DNA of 64,000 bases from an uncultured Candidatus Saccharibacteria bacterium (GCA_964434255.1 CAYSUL010000001.1:181695-245694); one strand, 5' to 3'; positions 1 to 9,603 are shown, counted from the stretch's first letter. The notes: generated from the sequence alone by a model not told the origin. Numbers and translations are program-made.

Positions 1-1
1 C

Positions 2-610
2 CCAAAGCTCGCTCAGTCGACACGTGTTCCCATTATAATCGAACTTCACACGCGTTTCGGCGAACCGAGTGTTTTCTTCGTACGCTGGCAGGAGCGAGAT
101 GTAGAGGTAGTCCTTCTCGCTTTTGGGAATGCCATAGTCCGAGAGAAGCACAGGGCGAGGGTTCGCGAGGCGGATCAATTTCGTCTCGCCCAGCAGAAGT
201 GAGAGCCTGAGTAGCTGTCCCGTCCGCGAAAGTGCGGGCGCACGACTGCTATCTTCCATGGATTGAAGGACGCTCAACCCGGGAATCACCTTCGGGACAA
301 CGTCCCGAGTCATGTACCGTAACCCATAATCCAGCGCCGAGCCCGTCTGCGGAAAGAACGGGAACATGATATGAGGCTTCGTTTCATCGAAGCGCTTTAT
401 ATCGTATTCGAGCGGCTTATTCGGTTCTTGAGGCTTAGGCGCCACGATGCTGTACAGCAGCTCGCGAGTGGACTCAGGGACGAGCAGTTCCGGTGCGCCG
501 AAGACCATGGGAAAGGATCCCGTATACTTCTCCACCGGTTCCATCGCTTCTTCAAATTCAGCATCTTTCACATCCGCAGCGGCGGCATCGCGGGTCTTGT
601 CATCACTCAT
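2..610 (-). CDS. Orphan protein, SD-led, partial (runs off left edge), MSDDKTRDAAAADVKDAEFEE...
   Basis: Hand translation: open frame from ATG at 610 to the window edge. GGGGAG SD 7 nt upstream and a TGgTACAGT extended -10. Not in the ORF track because the stop is outside the window. Confidence 0.7.
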   Translation of the reverse strand, partial: MSDDKTRDAAAADVKDAEFEEAMEPVEKYTGSFPMVFGAPELLVPESTRELLYSIVAPKPQEPNKPLEYDIKRFDETKPHIMFPFFPQTGSALDYGLRYMTRDVVPKVIPGLSVLQSMEDSSRAPALSRTGQLLRLSLLLGETKLIRLANPRPVLLSDYGIPKSEKDYLYISLLPAYEENTRFAETRVKFDYNGNTCRLSELW

Positions 611-697
611 CACGTTTCTCCCCATATCGGTGGCCTGTCGGCCATGTTGATCCGGGGCCACTGTACCACTTTTCCGGAAAAACGAGTGATTTATGAA

Positions 698-729
698 GAA
701 AGCCCCCGGACGCAAATCCGGGAGCTTTC
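698..729 (-). terminator. Intrinsic terminator after rplE
   Basis: Hairpin aaagc-ccccgga/tccggga-gcttt just past the rplE stop. Confidence 0.7.
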
Positions 730-742
730 CTTGACGGCTTAT

Positions 743-1285
743 CTACGCCTCAACAGCGACTTTCAGTGGAAGGCCGAGGTGACGGAAGAATGCTTCTGCC
801 TCTTCCTTGGTCTTTGCGGTAGTCACGAGCGTGATAGCGAGGCCGAACACATCCTTGAGGTCCTCGTCGGAGGTCTCGGGGAAGATGGTGTTGTCCTTGA
901 TGCCGATGGTGAGGTTGCCCATATCGTCTATCGCGGTCGCGTTGAGGCCACGGAAGTCGCGCGTACGAGGGAGTGCGATGTGTATGAGCTTGTCGAGGAA
1001 GTCGTTCATGCGGTTGCCGCGCATGGTGACCTGGTACCCGACGACGTCGCCCTGGCGCATCTTGAACTGCGCGATGGACTGCTTAGCGGCACGAGGCGAT
1101 GCCTTCTGGCCCGTGATGCGTGCGAGACGCTCCTCGATGACCGCCTTGCGGTTCTTATCCGCCTTACCCACACCAGTGGAGACGATTATTTTCACGAGGC
1201 GCGGGGACGCGAAGACGTTCGTATAGCCGAACTTCTCCTTAAGGGAATCGAATGCGCTCGCCTGTTTTTCTTTTGAGATGATCAT
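743..1285 (-). CDS. rplE: 50S ribosomal protein uL5
   Basis: PRLVKIIVSTGVG, ITGQK, LPRTRDFRGL motifs; spc order. Confidence 0.98.
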   Translation of the reverse strand: MIISKEKQASAFDSLKEKFGYTNVFASPRLVKIIVSTGVGKADKNRKAVIEERLARITGQKASPRAAKQSIAQFKMRQGDVVGYQVTMRGNRMNDFLDKLIHIALPRTRDFRGLNATAIDDMGNLTIGIKDNTIFPETSDEDLKDVFGLAITLVTTAKTKEEAEAFFRHLGLPLKVAVEA

Positions 1286-1295
1286 AAATAGTTGC

Positions 1296-1640
1296 TTACG
1301 CGAGTGCGGTGCCGCTCTTCACGGTGACGCGGGTGTTCTTCCCGTCCTTGATCTCGCGCTTCACGCGGGTTCCCTTCTTGTCCTTGGGGTCCTGCACCAT
1401 CACATTGCTGATGGCGATAGCGCGCGGGCGCTCGACGATGCGACCGGACTGGCCGCGGCCGGCGCTCTTCAAGTGGCGCTTCACCATACCGACGCCGTCG
1501 ACGACGATTTTCGCCTCCTGAGGAAGTACGCGGGCTACCTGCCCTACTTTGCCCTTATCCTTGCCCGAAACCACGATGACATGGTCACCTTTCTTGATTT
1601 TGAACTTGGCGGTCTGCTTACCAGCTGATGCTTTAGACAT
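1296..1640 (-). CDS. rplX: 50S ribosomal protein uL24
   Basis: IKKGDHVIVVSGKDKGK KOW motif. Confidence 0.98.
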   Translation of the reverse strand: MSKASAGKQTAKFKIKKGDHVIVVSGKDKGKVGQVARVLPQEAKIVVDGVGMVKRHLKSAGRGQSGRIVERPRAIAISNVMVQDPKDKKGTRVKREIKDGKNTRVTVKSGTALA

Positions 1641-1651
1641 ATTGAAATTGG

Positions 1652-2029
1652 TTAGACGACCTCAGGCGCGAGTGACGCGATGTTCTGCCATCCCTTTTCG
1701 ACCAGGTCGCGCGGTACCGGACCGAAGACGCGGTTCCCCTTCGGACCCATCTCCTTACCCTGCTTCTCGATGAGCACGACAGCGTTGTCATCGAACTTCA
1801 CATAGATGCCGTTAGCACGGCGGAAGGGCTTCCTCTGGCGCACGACGACCGCCTTGTATATGTCCTTCTTCTTTACCGCCTTGCGAGGCTGCGCAGTCTG
1901 GACCGATACGACAACGACATCGCCTATCTCGGCGTAGCGGCGCTTCGAGCCCCCAAGCACCTTGAAGACGCGCGCAACGGTGGCGCCTGAATTGTCTGCA
2001 ACTTTAACGATGGACTGGGGCTGTACCAT
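1652..2029 (-). CDS. rplN: 50S ribosomal protein uL14
   Basis: VADNSGA, FDDNAVV, SLAPEVV. Confidence 0.99.
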   Translation of the reverse strand: MVQPQSIVKVADNSGATVARVFKVLGGSKRRYAEIGDVVVVSVQTAQPRKAVKKKDIYKAVVVRQRKPFRRANGIYVKFDDNAVVLIEKQGKEMGPKGNRVFGPVPRDLVEKGWQNIASLAPEVV

Positions 2030-2035
2030 AAAAGT

Positions 2036-2278
2036 TTATTTAGCGATCTTGAACGACTTACGCTTCGAGATGGGGCGGGTAGCTACAATAGTGACCGCAT
2101 CTCCCACAGCAACGGTGTTGCCTGGGTCATCGACGAGGAACTTCTGCGTCTTCACCTGGTACTTCTTGTACTTCGGGTGCTTCACGTAGCGGGATACGGC
2201 GACCGTGGCCGTGTCCTTCATGGCCGTCTTGACGACGGTTCCGGTGAAGGTCTGGGGCTTGGAGATGTTGGTGTCCAT
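2036..2278 (-). CDS. rpsQ: 30S ribosomal protein uS17
   Basis: HPKYKK, TRPISKRK. Confidence 0.98.
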   Translation of the reverse strand: MDTNISKPQTFTGTVVKTAMKDTATVAVSRYVKHPKYKKYQVKTQKFLVDDPGNTVAVGDAVTIVATRPISKRKSFKIAK

Positions 2279-2286
2279 AGTAAGTA

Positions 2287-2484
2287 TTATACGGTCTTAG
2301 TCTTTACGGTCATTTCCGTCAAGATGCGTGCGATATCCTTGCGAACCTTGCCTGCGTGGTTCACGTCCTTCACGCGAGCACCGGTAGCGGCAAAACGGGC
2401 CTGGCGAAGCTCTTCACGCTTCTCGCCCAGAAGCTTCTTGAGCTCCTCCATGTCCTTTTCCTTGAATGAGATTTTCTTAGCCAT
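2287..2484 (-). CDS. rpmC: 50S ribosomal protein uL29
   Basis: VRKDIARILT; position between rplP and rpsQ. Confidence 0.95.
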   Translation of the reverse strand: MAKKISFKEKDMEELKKLLGEKREELRQARFAATGARVKDVNHAGKVRKDIARILTEMTVKTKTV

Positions 2485-2490
2485 ATGAGT

Positions 2491-2913
2491 TTAGCCGCGG
2501 GTGACGACGGTCGTCTTTAGAGGAAGCTTCGCGCCCGCACGGCGGAGCGCATCGCGCGCCTTCACGTCCTCCACACCATCGAGCTCGAAGAGCACGCGGC
2601 CTGGACGCACCTCGAATACGAAATGCTTGGGGTCACCCTTACCCTTACCCATGCCCACCTCAGCAGGCTTGTTGGTGATTGGACGGTCCGGGAAGATGCG
2701 GATCCAGAGCTTACCACCCTTTCCCGTAACGCGGGTAAGCACCTTACGAGCAGCCTCGATCTGGTTCGAGGTGATGCGGGACGGGGTCGTCGCCTTGAGG
2801 CCATAGGAACCGAAGGCCACGGTGATGCCGCGGGTCTCAGGACGCGCAAGACGCTCCGGGGACTTGCGTCCGGTCTGCCACTTGCGATGCTTTACCTTTT
2901 TCGGGAACAACAT
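2491..2913 (-). CDS. rplP: 50S ribosomal protein uL16
   Basis: QIEAAR, WIRIFPD, MGKGKG. Confidence 0.99.
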   Translation of the reverse strand: MLFPKKVKHRKWQTGRKSPERLARPETRGITVAFGSYGLKATTPSRITSNQIEAARKVLTRVTGKGGKLWIRIFPDRPITNKPAEVGMGKGKGDPKHFVFEVRPGRVLFELDGVEDVKARDALRRAGAKLPLKTTVVTRG

Positions 2914-2920
2914 ACCAGTA

Positions 2921-3619
2921 TTATTTAGCGGCTGCGGCGCGAGGCGTCGCTACGCGATCCTTCTCGTTGAAGGTCTCGCCGAGGTAGATCCACACCTTGA
3001 TGCCGATGGTGCCGTACGGGAGGAACGCGCGCTCCTCTGCGTACCCGATGTTCGCGCGGAAGGTCTGGAGCGGGATACGACCCCGCTTTATCTGCTCGGT
3101 GCGGCTCATATCAGCGCCACCGAGGCGACCCGACACGATAACACGTACGCCCAGCACCTCACGGACCGCCATGACCTTCTCCACCGTCGACTTGAGCACG
3201 CGGCGGAACGGCATGCGCTTCTCGAGGCCTTCAGCGACCATGTATGCAACGACTGCCGCATCGGTCTCCGGCTGGCGAATCTCCATGATGTCGAGCTTCA
3301 CGGCACGTGCGGGCGCCGGAGAGAGCTTCTTCACGAGCTTTGTGAGCTCGGTGCGGAGCTTGGTGGCGTTCTCACCCGAGCGACCGATGACGAGGCCTGG
3401 GCGCGCGGTGTGGAGGATGACACGGACCTCGGCTGCGGTGCGCTCTATCTCGATGTCGGAAATGTACATCGAGCGGAGCTTCTTCTTGAGGTATGCACGG
3501 ATAGCCGCATCCACCGCGAGGTTCTCGCGGAAGGACTTCTTGTCGGTAGCGAACCAACGGCTCTTCCAATCACGGATGATGCCGAGGCGGTGCGCGTAAG
3601 GATGTACGGTGTGAGTCAT
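2921..3619 (-). CDS. rpsC: 30S ribosomal protein uS3
   Basis: HPYAHRLG, RPGLVIG, GRLGGA, GIKVWI. Confidence 0.99.
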   Translation of the reverse strand: MTHTVHPYAHRLGIIRDWKSRWFATDKKSFRENLAVDAAIRAYLKKKLRSMYISDIEIERTAAEVRVILHTARPGLVIGRSGENATKLRTELTKLVKKLSPAPARAVKLDIMEIRQPETDAAVVAYMVAEGLEKRMPFRRVLKSTVEKVMAVREVLGVRVIVSGRLGGADMSRTEQIKRGRIPLQTFRANIGYAEERAFLPYGTIGIKVWIYLGETFNEKDRVATPRAAAAK

Positions 3620-3627
3620 ATCGAAAG

Positions 3628-4017
3628 TTATGCAGCTGCCTTCTTATCGGCCCTAAGCGTCACGATGACGCGGCTACGGCGCTTGCGGATGGGCGCTGCA
3701 CGGCCCATGGCGCGCGGCATGTAGCGCACGAGCATGCCGGCGGAGTCGACGCGGATGTCGGAGACGCGGAGGGTCTCGACGTCCTCCCCTTTCTGCTTGG
3801 CGTTAGCTGCTGCGGACTCGATGAGCTTCTTTATAGGAAGGGATGCGCGCTTCGGGAGGAAGGCGAGGGCGTTCACGGCATCGGTCACGGACTTGCCCTT
3901 CACGAGGTCGGTCACAAGACGCACCTTGCGGGGCGACTGGTTGTACGTGGAAAGTTCCGCAGTAGCTGCGGACGGCACGCGCGCGACCTTATTCTTCTGG
4001 GTTCCTTTGGATGCCAT
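3628..4017 (-). CDS. rplV: 50S ribosomal protein uL22
   Basis: SPRKVRLV, SAAANA, PRAMGRA. Confidence 0.98.
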   Translation of the reverse strand: MASKGTQKNKVARVPSAATAELSTYNQSPRKVRLVTDLVKGKSVTDAVNALAFLPKRASLPIKKLIESAAANAKQKGEDVETLRVSDIRVDSAGMLVRYMPRAMGRAAPIRKRRSRVIVTLRADKKAAA

Positions 4018-4020
4018 AGA

Positions 4021-4368
4021 TTATTTCTTCTTGGCAGGAGCAGGAGCGGCCTTAGCAGCCTTTGCAGCTGCGATCTCGGTCTGCTGCTTCTTCTGCTCAA
4101 GCTGCTTCTGCATCTTACCTCCGTGACGGACGAACTTCTTGGTCGGGGAGAATTCCCCAAGGCGGTGCCCTACCATCTCTTCCGAGACGAGGACCTCCAC
4201 GTGGCTCTTGCCATTGTGGACGCCGAAGGTGAATCCGACCATTTCAGGCGCAATCTGGCTCCTACGTGCCCACGTCTTAATGACCCCCGCGGAGGCGGGT
4301 TTCTTGTCCTGGATCTTCTTCATGAGCTTTACGTCCACGAAGGGTCCTTTCTTGAGTGATCGAGACAT
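4021..4368 (-). CDS. rpsS: 30S ribosomal protein uS19 with Lys/Ala-rich C-terminal tail
   Basis: [24 protein letters not shown]. Confidence 0.99.
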   Translation of the reverse strand: MSRSLKKGPFVDVKLMKKIQDKKPASAGVIKTWARRSQIAPEMVGFTFGVHNGKSHVEVLVSEEMVGHRLGEFSPTKKFVRHGGKMQKQLEQKKQQTEIAAAKAAKAAPAPAKKK

Positions 4369-4402
4369 GGGTAACTAAAAGCCCGCTGCGCGGGATAGGT
4401 AA

Positions 4403-4431
4403 AATCTATATGAAACGGCGGTCGGTGTCAA
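4403..4431 (-). promoter_or_regulatory. Sigma70-type promoter re-starting the operon at rpsS
   Basis: TTGACA-N17-TAGATT on the minus strand, about 35 nt upstream of rpsS. Confidence 0.7.
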
Positions 4432-4482
4432 ACTTTGGGCCTCTATGCTAGGGTTTTTACGGATCGCAACACGGAGGAGGCC

Positions 4483-4968
4483 ATGACAAGCCCCAGAAAT
4501 CGTACTGAGTATGCACGCAGGATCGGCACTTTGGCCACCCTGCGGACGACCAACCCCCAGCATCTCGGACGTCTCATCGCCCAGCGACGGGTACGGCGAG
4601 GACGCCAGTGGCTTGACCGCCATGGCCCACGCGGCTGGCACCGGAACCTGTTCGAGCCTAATCCGGGCGGCTCACGCTTCCGAGCGAAGGACTGTAGGGG
4701 AAGTGAATGCGTACTTTCCCTCGCGTTCGAGTTTGCCGTGGGCGCGAAGAACGCCCACGGCGAGCTTACCTTCGCCGTGGTAGAGGCGCACTTCGAGAAG
4801 GAACTTGGCGGAAATCGAGCGGGGCTTCTCGGGTTCGAGATCGGGATCCCCTTCCACAAGCGCAACCCGAACGTCACGATCGCGAGCGAGGAGCTCGATC
4901 GGTGCTGGGAAGATGAACTCCGGCATTATCATCACCGATGGTCACACATTCTAAAGGCCGTCGCCTAA
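4483..4968 (+). CDS. Orphan protein (Arg-rich N-terminus), SD-led cassette
   Basis: GGAGGAG SD before ATG 4483; TATGCT -10 at 4444; terminator after the stop. Confidence 0.7.
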   Translation: MTSPRNRTEYARRIGTLATLRTTNPQHLGRLIAQRRVRRGRQWLDRHGPRGWHRNLFEPNPGGSRFRAKDCRGSECVLSLAFEFAVGAKNAHGELTFAVVEAHFEKELGGNRAGLLGFEIGIPFHKRNPNVTIASEELDRCWEDELRHYHHRWSHILKAVA

Positions 4969-4978
4969 GGAAGCACGG

Positions 4979-5003
4979 GGCCCCGCCGTACGCGGGGCCT
5001 TTT
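4979..5003 (+). terminator. Intrinsic terminator
   Basis: ggccccgc-cgtac-gcggggcc-tttt. Confidence 0.8.
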
Positions 5004-5028
5004 CCTGTTCCGGGTCTATACTGATCGC

Positions 5029-5835
5029 ATGGACATCAAGAACCCTTCATTCATCGGTGCTCTCGGCTTCGTGGCTCTCGTGCTCGGACTTACCGGCTGG
5101 TATATGGCCACCCATCCGGCTCCGGTAGCTCCTATTGTCGAGGAAGAACCGTCTGCGCTTGAATCGGAAACCCCAAAGAATATGCGCGAGAATTCCAAGT
5201 ACTACACCATCGACGTCACCTACCCCACCCACATCTCGTTCCCCCTTAGCAGCCGCAGCGACGCAGGAGTCGGTGCAGAAAACACAATGAAAACATGGGT
5301 CGATAGCGCAGTCACTGAATTCAAGGCATATGCAAAAGAGAACGAGGCGGCAATTGAGGATTTCGCGAACCGAGGTGATGAGATTCCGGCTACCCTAAGC
5401 TCCTCCGAGCTTTCCATAACCTATGGGAAGAAGAGCAGCGAACGCACCGTTACCTATGTATTCACCTCCGCAAGCTACACAGGCGGAGCGCACGGCATAG
5501 CGGTGCCCGTAACCTTCACCTTCGACAAAACAACGGGAGCGCAGATCGAGCTCGCTGACCTGTTCACCGCAGGGAGCGGCTATCTGTATCGTCTTTCAGA
5601 AATCTCCCGTGCCGACCTCCCGAAGATAATGGGAGGATTCTCTGAGTCCGGATTCATTGCCGAGGGCACTATGCCAAGAGACGTGCACTTCCAAGCCTTC
5701 TATCTCGAGGGCGACACCCTTACATTCCTCTTCGCTCCGTACCAGGTCGGCCCGTACTCGCTCGGTACTGTGACGCTTCCCATAAAGCTTTCGCGCCTAA
5801 ATGATATTCTAAAGGCCGAGTACCGTGCAGAATAA
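5029..5835 (+). CDS. Membrane-anchored DUF3298/DUF4163-like (RsiV/PdaC-type) protein
   Basis: N-terminal TM helix, YTGGAHG and FAPYQVGPYS motifs; leaderless (TATACT-6nt-ATG). Confidence 0.8.
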   Translation: MDIKNPSFIGALGFVALVLGLTGWYMATHPAPVAPIVEEEPSALESETPKNMRENSKYYTIDVTYPTHISFPLSSRSDAGVGAENTMKTWVDSAVTEFKAYAKENEAAIEDFANRGDEIPATLSSSELSITYGKKSSERTVTYVFTSASYTGGAHGIAVPVTFTFDKTTGAQIELADLFTAGSGYLYRLSEISRADLPKIMGGFSESGFIAEGTMPRDVHFQAFYLEGDTLTFLFAPYQVGPYSLGTVTLPIKLSRLNDILKAEYRAE

Positions 5836-5874
5836 TCCTCTGCTAGACTTTGATCAGAGGCTTGGAGAGCGAAA

Positions 5875-6093
5875 ATGTGTGAATATTGCGGCCCAACAGA
5901 CGGGAAACACGAACGTGTCAGGCCAGATCTCCTGGCTGAGATGCGCAGATTCAACGAAGTCGAGGCTGCGCGCCGCGGCCTCACCATGGAGGAATTCCAG
6001 GACGGGGACTATCTCGTGAGTCCAAAGAATAGGATCTTCTCGTGGTTCGAGGACGCTTGGGTGAACCTTCGACTCCTCAAACCAGGACTTTAA
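5875..6093 (+). CDS. Small orphan protein with N-terminal CxxC, SD-led cassette
   Basis: TGcTAGACT promoter, GGAG SD, convergent on the rplB terminator. Confidence 0.65.
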   Translation: MCEYCGPTDGKHERVRPDLLAEMRRFNEVEAARRGLTMEEFQDGDYLVSPKNRIFSWFEDAWVNLRLLKPGL

Positions 6094-6101
6094 CGCCACA
6101 G

Positions 6102-6130
6102 AAAAGGCCCGCCATCCGGCGGGCCTTTTT
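6102..6130. terminator. Bidirectional terminator between the orphan and rplB
   Basis: aaaaggcccgcc-atcc-ggcgggccttttt. Confidence 0.85.
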
Positions 6131-6150
6131 CCTTTGCGAAACGCGCTTCT

Positions 6151-6996
6151 CTATCCTCGCTTCTTGCCAACCTTTCGGCGCGAAACGATGAACTTGTTGG
6201 AGTGCTTCTTCGGCGTGCGGGTCTTCTGTCCCTTGCCGGTCGGCTTGCCCCACATGCTCTTTGCACGGCGGAGTCCGCGACCCTGCTTACCTTCACCACC
6301 TCCGTGAGGGTGGTCTACCGGGTTCATGGCGGTACCACGGACCGTAGGGCGGATACCCTTCCAGCGCGACTTACCGGCCTTTCCGTATACCTCAAGGCGC
6401 TTCTCCTCGTTACCAACGGCACCGATGGATGCGAAGCAACGCTCGGAGATCTTGCGGATCTCGGTCGAAGGAAGCTTCACCTGGGCGTATCCCGCGTCAT
6501 GCGCGACCACTTCCGCATAGTTACCAGCGGAGCGTGCGATGCGAGCACCTGCGCCTGCCTGAAGCTCCACGTTGTATATGAAGGTACCGGACGGTATCTT
6601 GCCGAGCGGCATACGGTTACCGATCTTCACGGGCACGTTGTCTCCGACAACGAACGAATCGCCGACCTTGAGCTCCTTTGGAAGGGTCACATAGCGGCGT
6701 GCGCCGTCAGCGTAGAGGGCGCGGCCGATGAACGCAGTGCGATACGGATCGTACTCAACGGTCTCGATCTTTGCAGGGATGTCACGCTTGTCGTACTTGA
6801 AATCGACATCGCGGAGACGGCGCTTGGACCCCCCGCCCTGGTGGCGCGTAGTGATGCGGCCCGCATTGTTGCGGCCAGCACGGTTCTTGTTGGCCGAGAG
6901 CAGGCTCTTGAACGGCTTGTCACCCGAAAGCACGCCCTTGTACGTGACAACGGTCATCTGGCGGCGGCTCTTGGAGGTTGGCTTGAATGATTTCAT
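6151..6996 (-). CDS. rplB: 50S ribosomal protein uL2
   Basis: EYDPYRTA, RPTVRGTAMNPVDHPHGGGEG. Confidence 0.99.
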   Translation of the reverse strand: MKSFKPTSKSRRQMTVVTYKGVLSGDKPFKSLLSANKNRAGRNNAGRITTRHQGGGSKRRLRDVDFKYDKRDIPAKIETVEYDPYRTAFIGRALYADGARRYVTLPKELKVGDSFVVGDNVPVKIGNRMPLGKIPSGTFIYNVELQAGAGARIARSAGNYAEVVAHDAGYAQVKLPSTEIRKISERCFASIGAVGNEEKRLEVYGKAGKSRWKGIRPTVRGTAMNPVDHPHGGGEGKQGRGLRRAKSMWGKPTGKGQKTRTPKKHSNKFIVSRRKVGKKRG

Positions 6997-7006
6997 ATTT
7001 CAAATG

Positions 7007-7375
7007 CTATGCGAACGTGATGCTCTCCCCCTTCTTGAGGTATACGTACGCCTTGTGGCGGCGAGCACGCGTGCCGACACCGCGCTTCGTGCGCATCGAG
7101 ACCTTCTTCGCAGGAAGGTTCACCATGTTCACCTTCACCGGAGTGACTTTGTATATCTTTTCGATAGCATTCATCACGTCGTGCTTGGTGACTGCAGGAG
7201 GAACCTCGAAGACATAGACGCCGTTCTCGGTGCCGATGAGCGCCTTCTCGGAGAACCAAGGGGCCTTGAGGACGTTCGCGATGCGATCGTCAGTAGGGTT
7301 GAGGACGCCGCGGCGTACCGGCGCCTTGGAAACGCGTACCTTCTTCGTATTCTTGTCGGATGAGAAAAGTGCCAT
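7007..7375 (-). CDS. rplW: 50S ribosomal protein uL23
   Basis: SEKA, KAYVYLKKG; S10 order. Confidence 0.96.
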   Translation of the reverse strand: MALFSSDKNTKKVRVSKAPVRRGVLNPTDDRIANVLKAPWFSEKALIGTENGVYVFEVPPAVTKHDVMNAIEKIYKVTPVKVNMVNLPAKKVSMRTKRGVGTRARRHKAYVYLKKGESITFA

Positions 7376-7381
7376 ATACGT

Positions 7382-8161
7382 TTATTTAGAGAGACGGGCG
7401 GACAGGACCGGAAGCGAGACCGCTGGGTTCTCGATAACGAGGAACTTCTTGTTCATGAGGTCGACTGGGTTCAGGTTGCGCACCTCCTCCGTCATGAGAT
7501 GACCCATGTTGCGGAACGACTTCTCAATGTTCGCGTCCTTCTGCGAGAGCGCGACTACTGCGGCATTCTTGCGCTTGGTGACGAGACCCTGCATCCCGGA
7601 TGCGTTCGCGATTGCGATGAGCGCGTTCTTAGCGTCCTTCGTTGCGGGCTTGCCGAGCGAAAGAGAATCAACGAAGACAATCTCGCCATCCCTCCACTTG
7701 CGTGAGAGTACGGATGCGAGCGCTGCGGCACGCATCTTGCGGTTGATTTTCACCGCGTATATTTTCTCTGCGCGTGGACCATGGGTCACACCGCCGCCCT
7801 TCCATATTGGGGAACGGTTGGAACCGTGACGAGCGCGGCCGGTACCCTTCTGCTTCCATGGCTTCTTACCACCTCCGGACACTTCACCGCGGAACTTGGT
7901 GTGCGCGATGGTAGGGCGAGCGTTCGCCTGCATACCGACCACGACCTGGTGCACGAGGTCTGCCTTCCACGGCTGAGCAAAGAGCTCCGCTGGAAGCGCG
8001 ATGGTGCCAGCAGACGCTCCCTTCATGTTGTAGATGGTGGCTTCGGACGCCGAGACGACCTTCTTCTCCGCCTTAGGCGAAGCCTCAGCCGTGACCACCT
8101 TCTTAGGTGCGGTCTTCTTGGCTGGAGCCTTCTTCGCGACGGTTTTCTTTACGGTTGCCAT
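7382..8161 (-). CDS. rplD: 50S ribosomal protein uL4 with Lys/Ala/Pro-rich N-terminal extension
   Basis: KPWKQKGTGRARHGS. Confidence 0.99.
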   Translation of the reverse strand: MATVKKTVAKKAPAKKTAPKKVVTAEASPKAEKKVVSASEATIYNMKGASAGTIALPAELFAQPWKADLVHQVVVGMQANARPTIAHTKFRGEVSGGGKKPWKQKGTGRARHGSNRSPIWKGGGVTHGPRAEKIYAVKINRKMRAAALASVLSRKWRDGEIVFVDSLSLGKPATKDAKNALIAIANASGMQGLVTKRKNAAVVALSQKDANIEKSFRNMGHLMTEEVRNLNPVDLMNKKFLVIENPAVSLPVLSARLSK

Positions 8162-8171
8162 AGTATTAAAA

Positions 8172-8789
8172 TTACGCGTTCTGGCTTATGACCTCGACGA
8201 GCGAGCCGGGAGCTCCCGGGATAGCACCCGAGATGAGGATTTCGCCGCGGGTCGTATCGACACGAAGGACCTTCAGGTTCGAGACGCTTATACGATTCCC
8301 GCCCATGCGTCCACCCATGCGCATACCCTTCGCGACGCGACCGCCGGCACGACCACCACCACCAATCGAACCTGGCTCGCGCTCGGAGTGCTTCTGACCG
8401 TGAGAGCGACGACCACCATGGAACCCATGGCGCTTCACTACGCCCGCGAAGCCGCGACCCTTCACAGTACCTGAAACAGTGACGACGTCACCCTCTGCAA
8501 ACACGTCAGGAGTTATCTCCGTACCAACAGCGAGCTCTCCCGCCTCAGTACGGAACTCCTTCATACCCTTGAATGCCTTGCCCTTGGTGTGGCCAAGTTG
8601 GGCCTTATTCACGCGCGCTTCCTTTTGCGTCCCGAAACCGACCTGGACGGCAGAATAGCCATCGGTTTCCGGGGTCTTCACCTGGGTCACCTCCAAAGGA
8701 CCGGTCTTAAGGATGGTGCACGCCGAAACACGCCCGTCTTCATGGAAGATCTGGGTCATGCGGTCCTTGCGGGCGATGAGGAATTTCAT
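8172..8789 (-). CDS. rplC: 50S ribosomal protein uL3
   Basis: DGYSAVQVG, KGRGFAGVVKRHGF; start set at ATG 8789. Confidence 0.98.
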   Translation of the reverse strand: MKFLIARKDRMTQIFHEDGRVSACTILKTGPLEVTQVKTPETDGYSAVQVGFGTQKEARVNKAQLGHTKGKAFKGMKEFRTEAGELAVGTEITPDVFAEGDVVTVSGTVKGRGFAGVVKRHGFHGGRRSHGQKHSEREPGSIGGGGRAGGRVAKGMRMGGRMGGNRISVSNLKVLRVDTTRGEILISGAIPGAPGSLVEVISQNA

Positions 8790-8883
8790 GGGCAAAAATA
8801 AAGCGCGCCTTCAACAGCGCGTTCGGTCCGAAACGGACTTCCCGGCCATTGGTCCGGCCGGGGCCGTACGTAGCGATAGAGGC

Positions 8884-8912
8884 ACTCTACATGACCCTTC
8901 CGGAACATGCAA
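8884..8912 (-). promoter_or_regulatory. Promoter for rplC-rplD-rplW-rplB
   Basis: TTGCAT-N17-TAGAGT followed by a structured leader. Confidence 0.6.
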
Positions 8913-8972
8913 ATATCGCGTGCTATAGTCCAAATGTCTCGCATTCTGGCGAGATATTTGGAGGTCTTTCTC

Positions 8973-9122
8973 ATGCGCTGGCCGAAGTGGAATATCCCCA
9001 AGGGGATGGGTGCGGGGCACATCTTCCCCGAAGCGGATGGTGTGGGCGATGGCCATGTCGAAGGCGACAGCGGCCTCAACCTGAAGCCCGTCGGCTTCAT
9101 CATCCCGGTCAAGGACGACTAG
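8973..9122 (+). CDS. 49-aa orphan peptide (MRWPKWNIPKG...), SD-led cassette
   Basis: TGcTATAGT -10 at 8921-8929, GGAGG SD at 8960, terminator at 9142. Confidence 0.65.
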   Translation: MRWPKWNIPKGMGAGHIFPEADGVGDGHVEGDSGLNLKPVGFIIPVKDD

Positions 9123-9141
9123 CTCGACGCCGAGCCAGTGG

Positions 9142-9212
9142 AGGCCCCGCGATCACTCGCGGGGCCTTTTCCTATGCACATGCAAACCCCCGAACCTTAC
9201 GGTCCGGGGGTC
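9142..9212. terminator. Two back-to-back terminators of convergent orphan cassettes
   Basis: aggccccgcga/tcgcggggcctttt and acccccgaacc/ggtccgggggt. Confidence 0.75.
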
Positions 9213-9217
9213 ATGGG

Positions 9218-9457
9218 CTAGTATGCCCGCGCTATCGCGTCTGCGTTCCCAATCTTCCACCCGAGACGTACATATTCCCGAACGAGCTGGTCGATGAGCC
9301 GATCGCTTTCCTTCCGTTGCTGCTCGGTCATCGTCCGATTGTGTTGGCTCGCCCTCTCGTTGCGAATCTGCGCCTGGATCTCGATGAACCGGTCCCGGTC
9401 GCTCTCTCTCGCAGCATATAGCCACTTCACCATGGAAATGATGGCTTTCCCGAGCAT
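9218..9457 (-). CDS. 79-aa helical orphan protein, SD-led cassette
   Basis: AGAGGGGA SD before ATG 9457 (MLGKAIISMV...). Confidence 0.6.
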   Translation of the reverse strand: MLGKAIISMVKWLYAARESDRDRFIEIQAQIRNERASQHNRTMTEQQRKESDRLIDQLVREYVRLGWKIGNADAIARAY

Positions 9458-9560
9458 GTGTTCCCCTCTATGGTTCGTAAACGCAAAGCGCCGCTTCCGC
9501 GGCTGGCGCACAATGAACGCCTGCATAGATTTAACCGCATTGTCCACACCTATGCAATGA

Positions 9561-9590
9561 AAAGGCCGCGGACACGCATCCGCGGCCTTT
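9561..9590 (-). terminator. Intrinsic terminator
   Basis: aaaggccgcgga-cacgca-tccgcggccttt. Confidence 0.8.
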
Positions 9591-9603
9591 CGAACCTTCT
9601 ACG

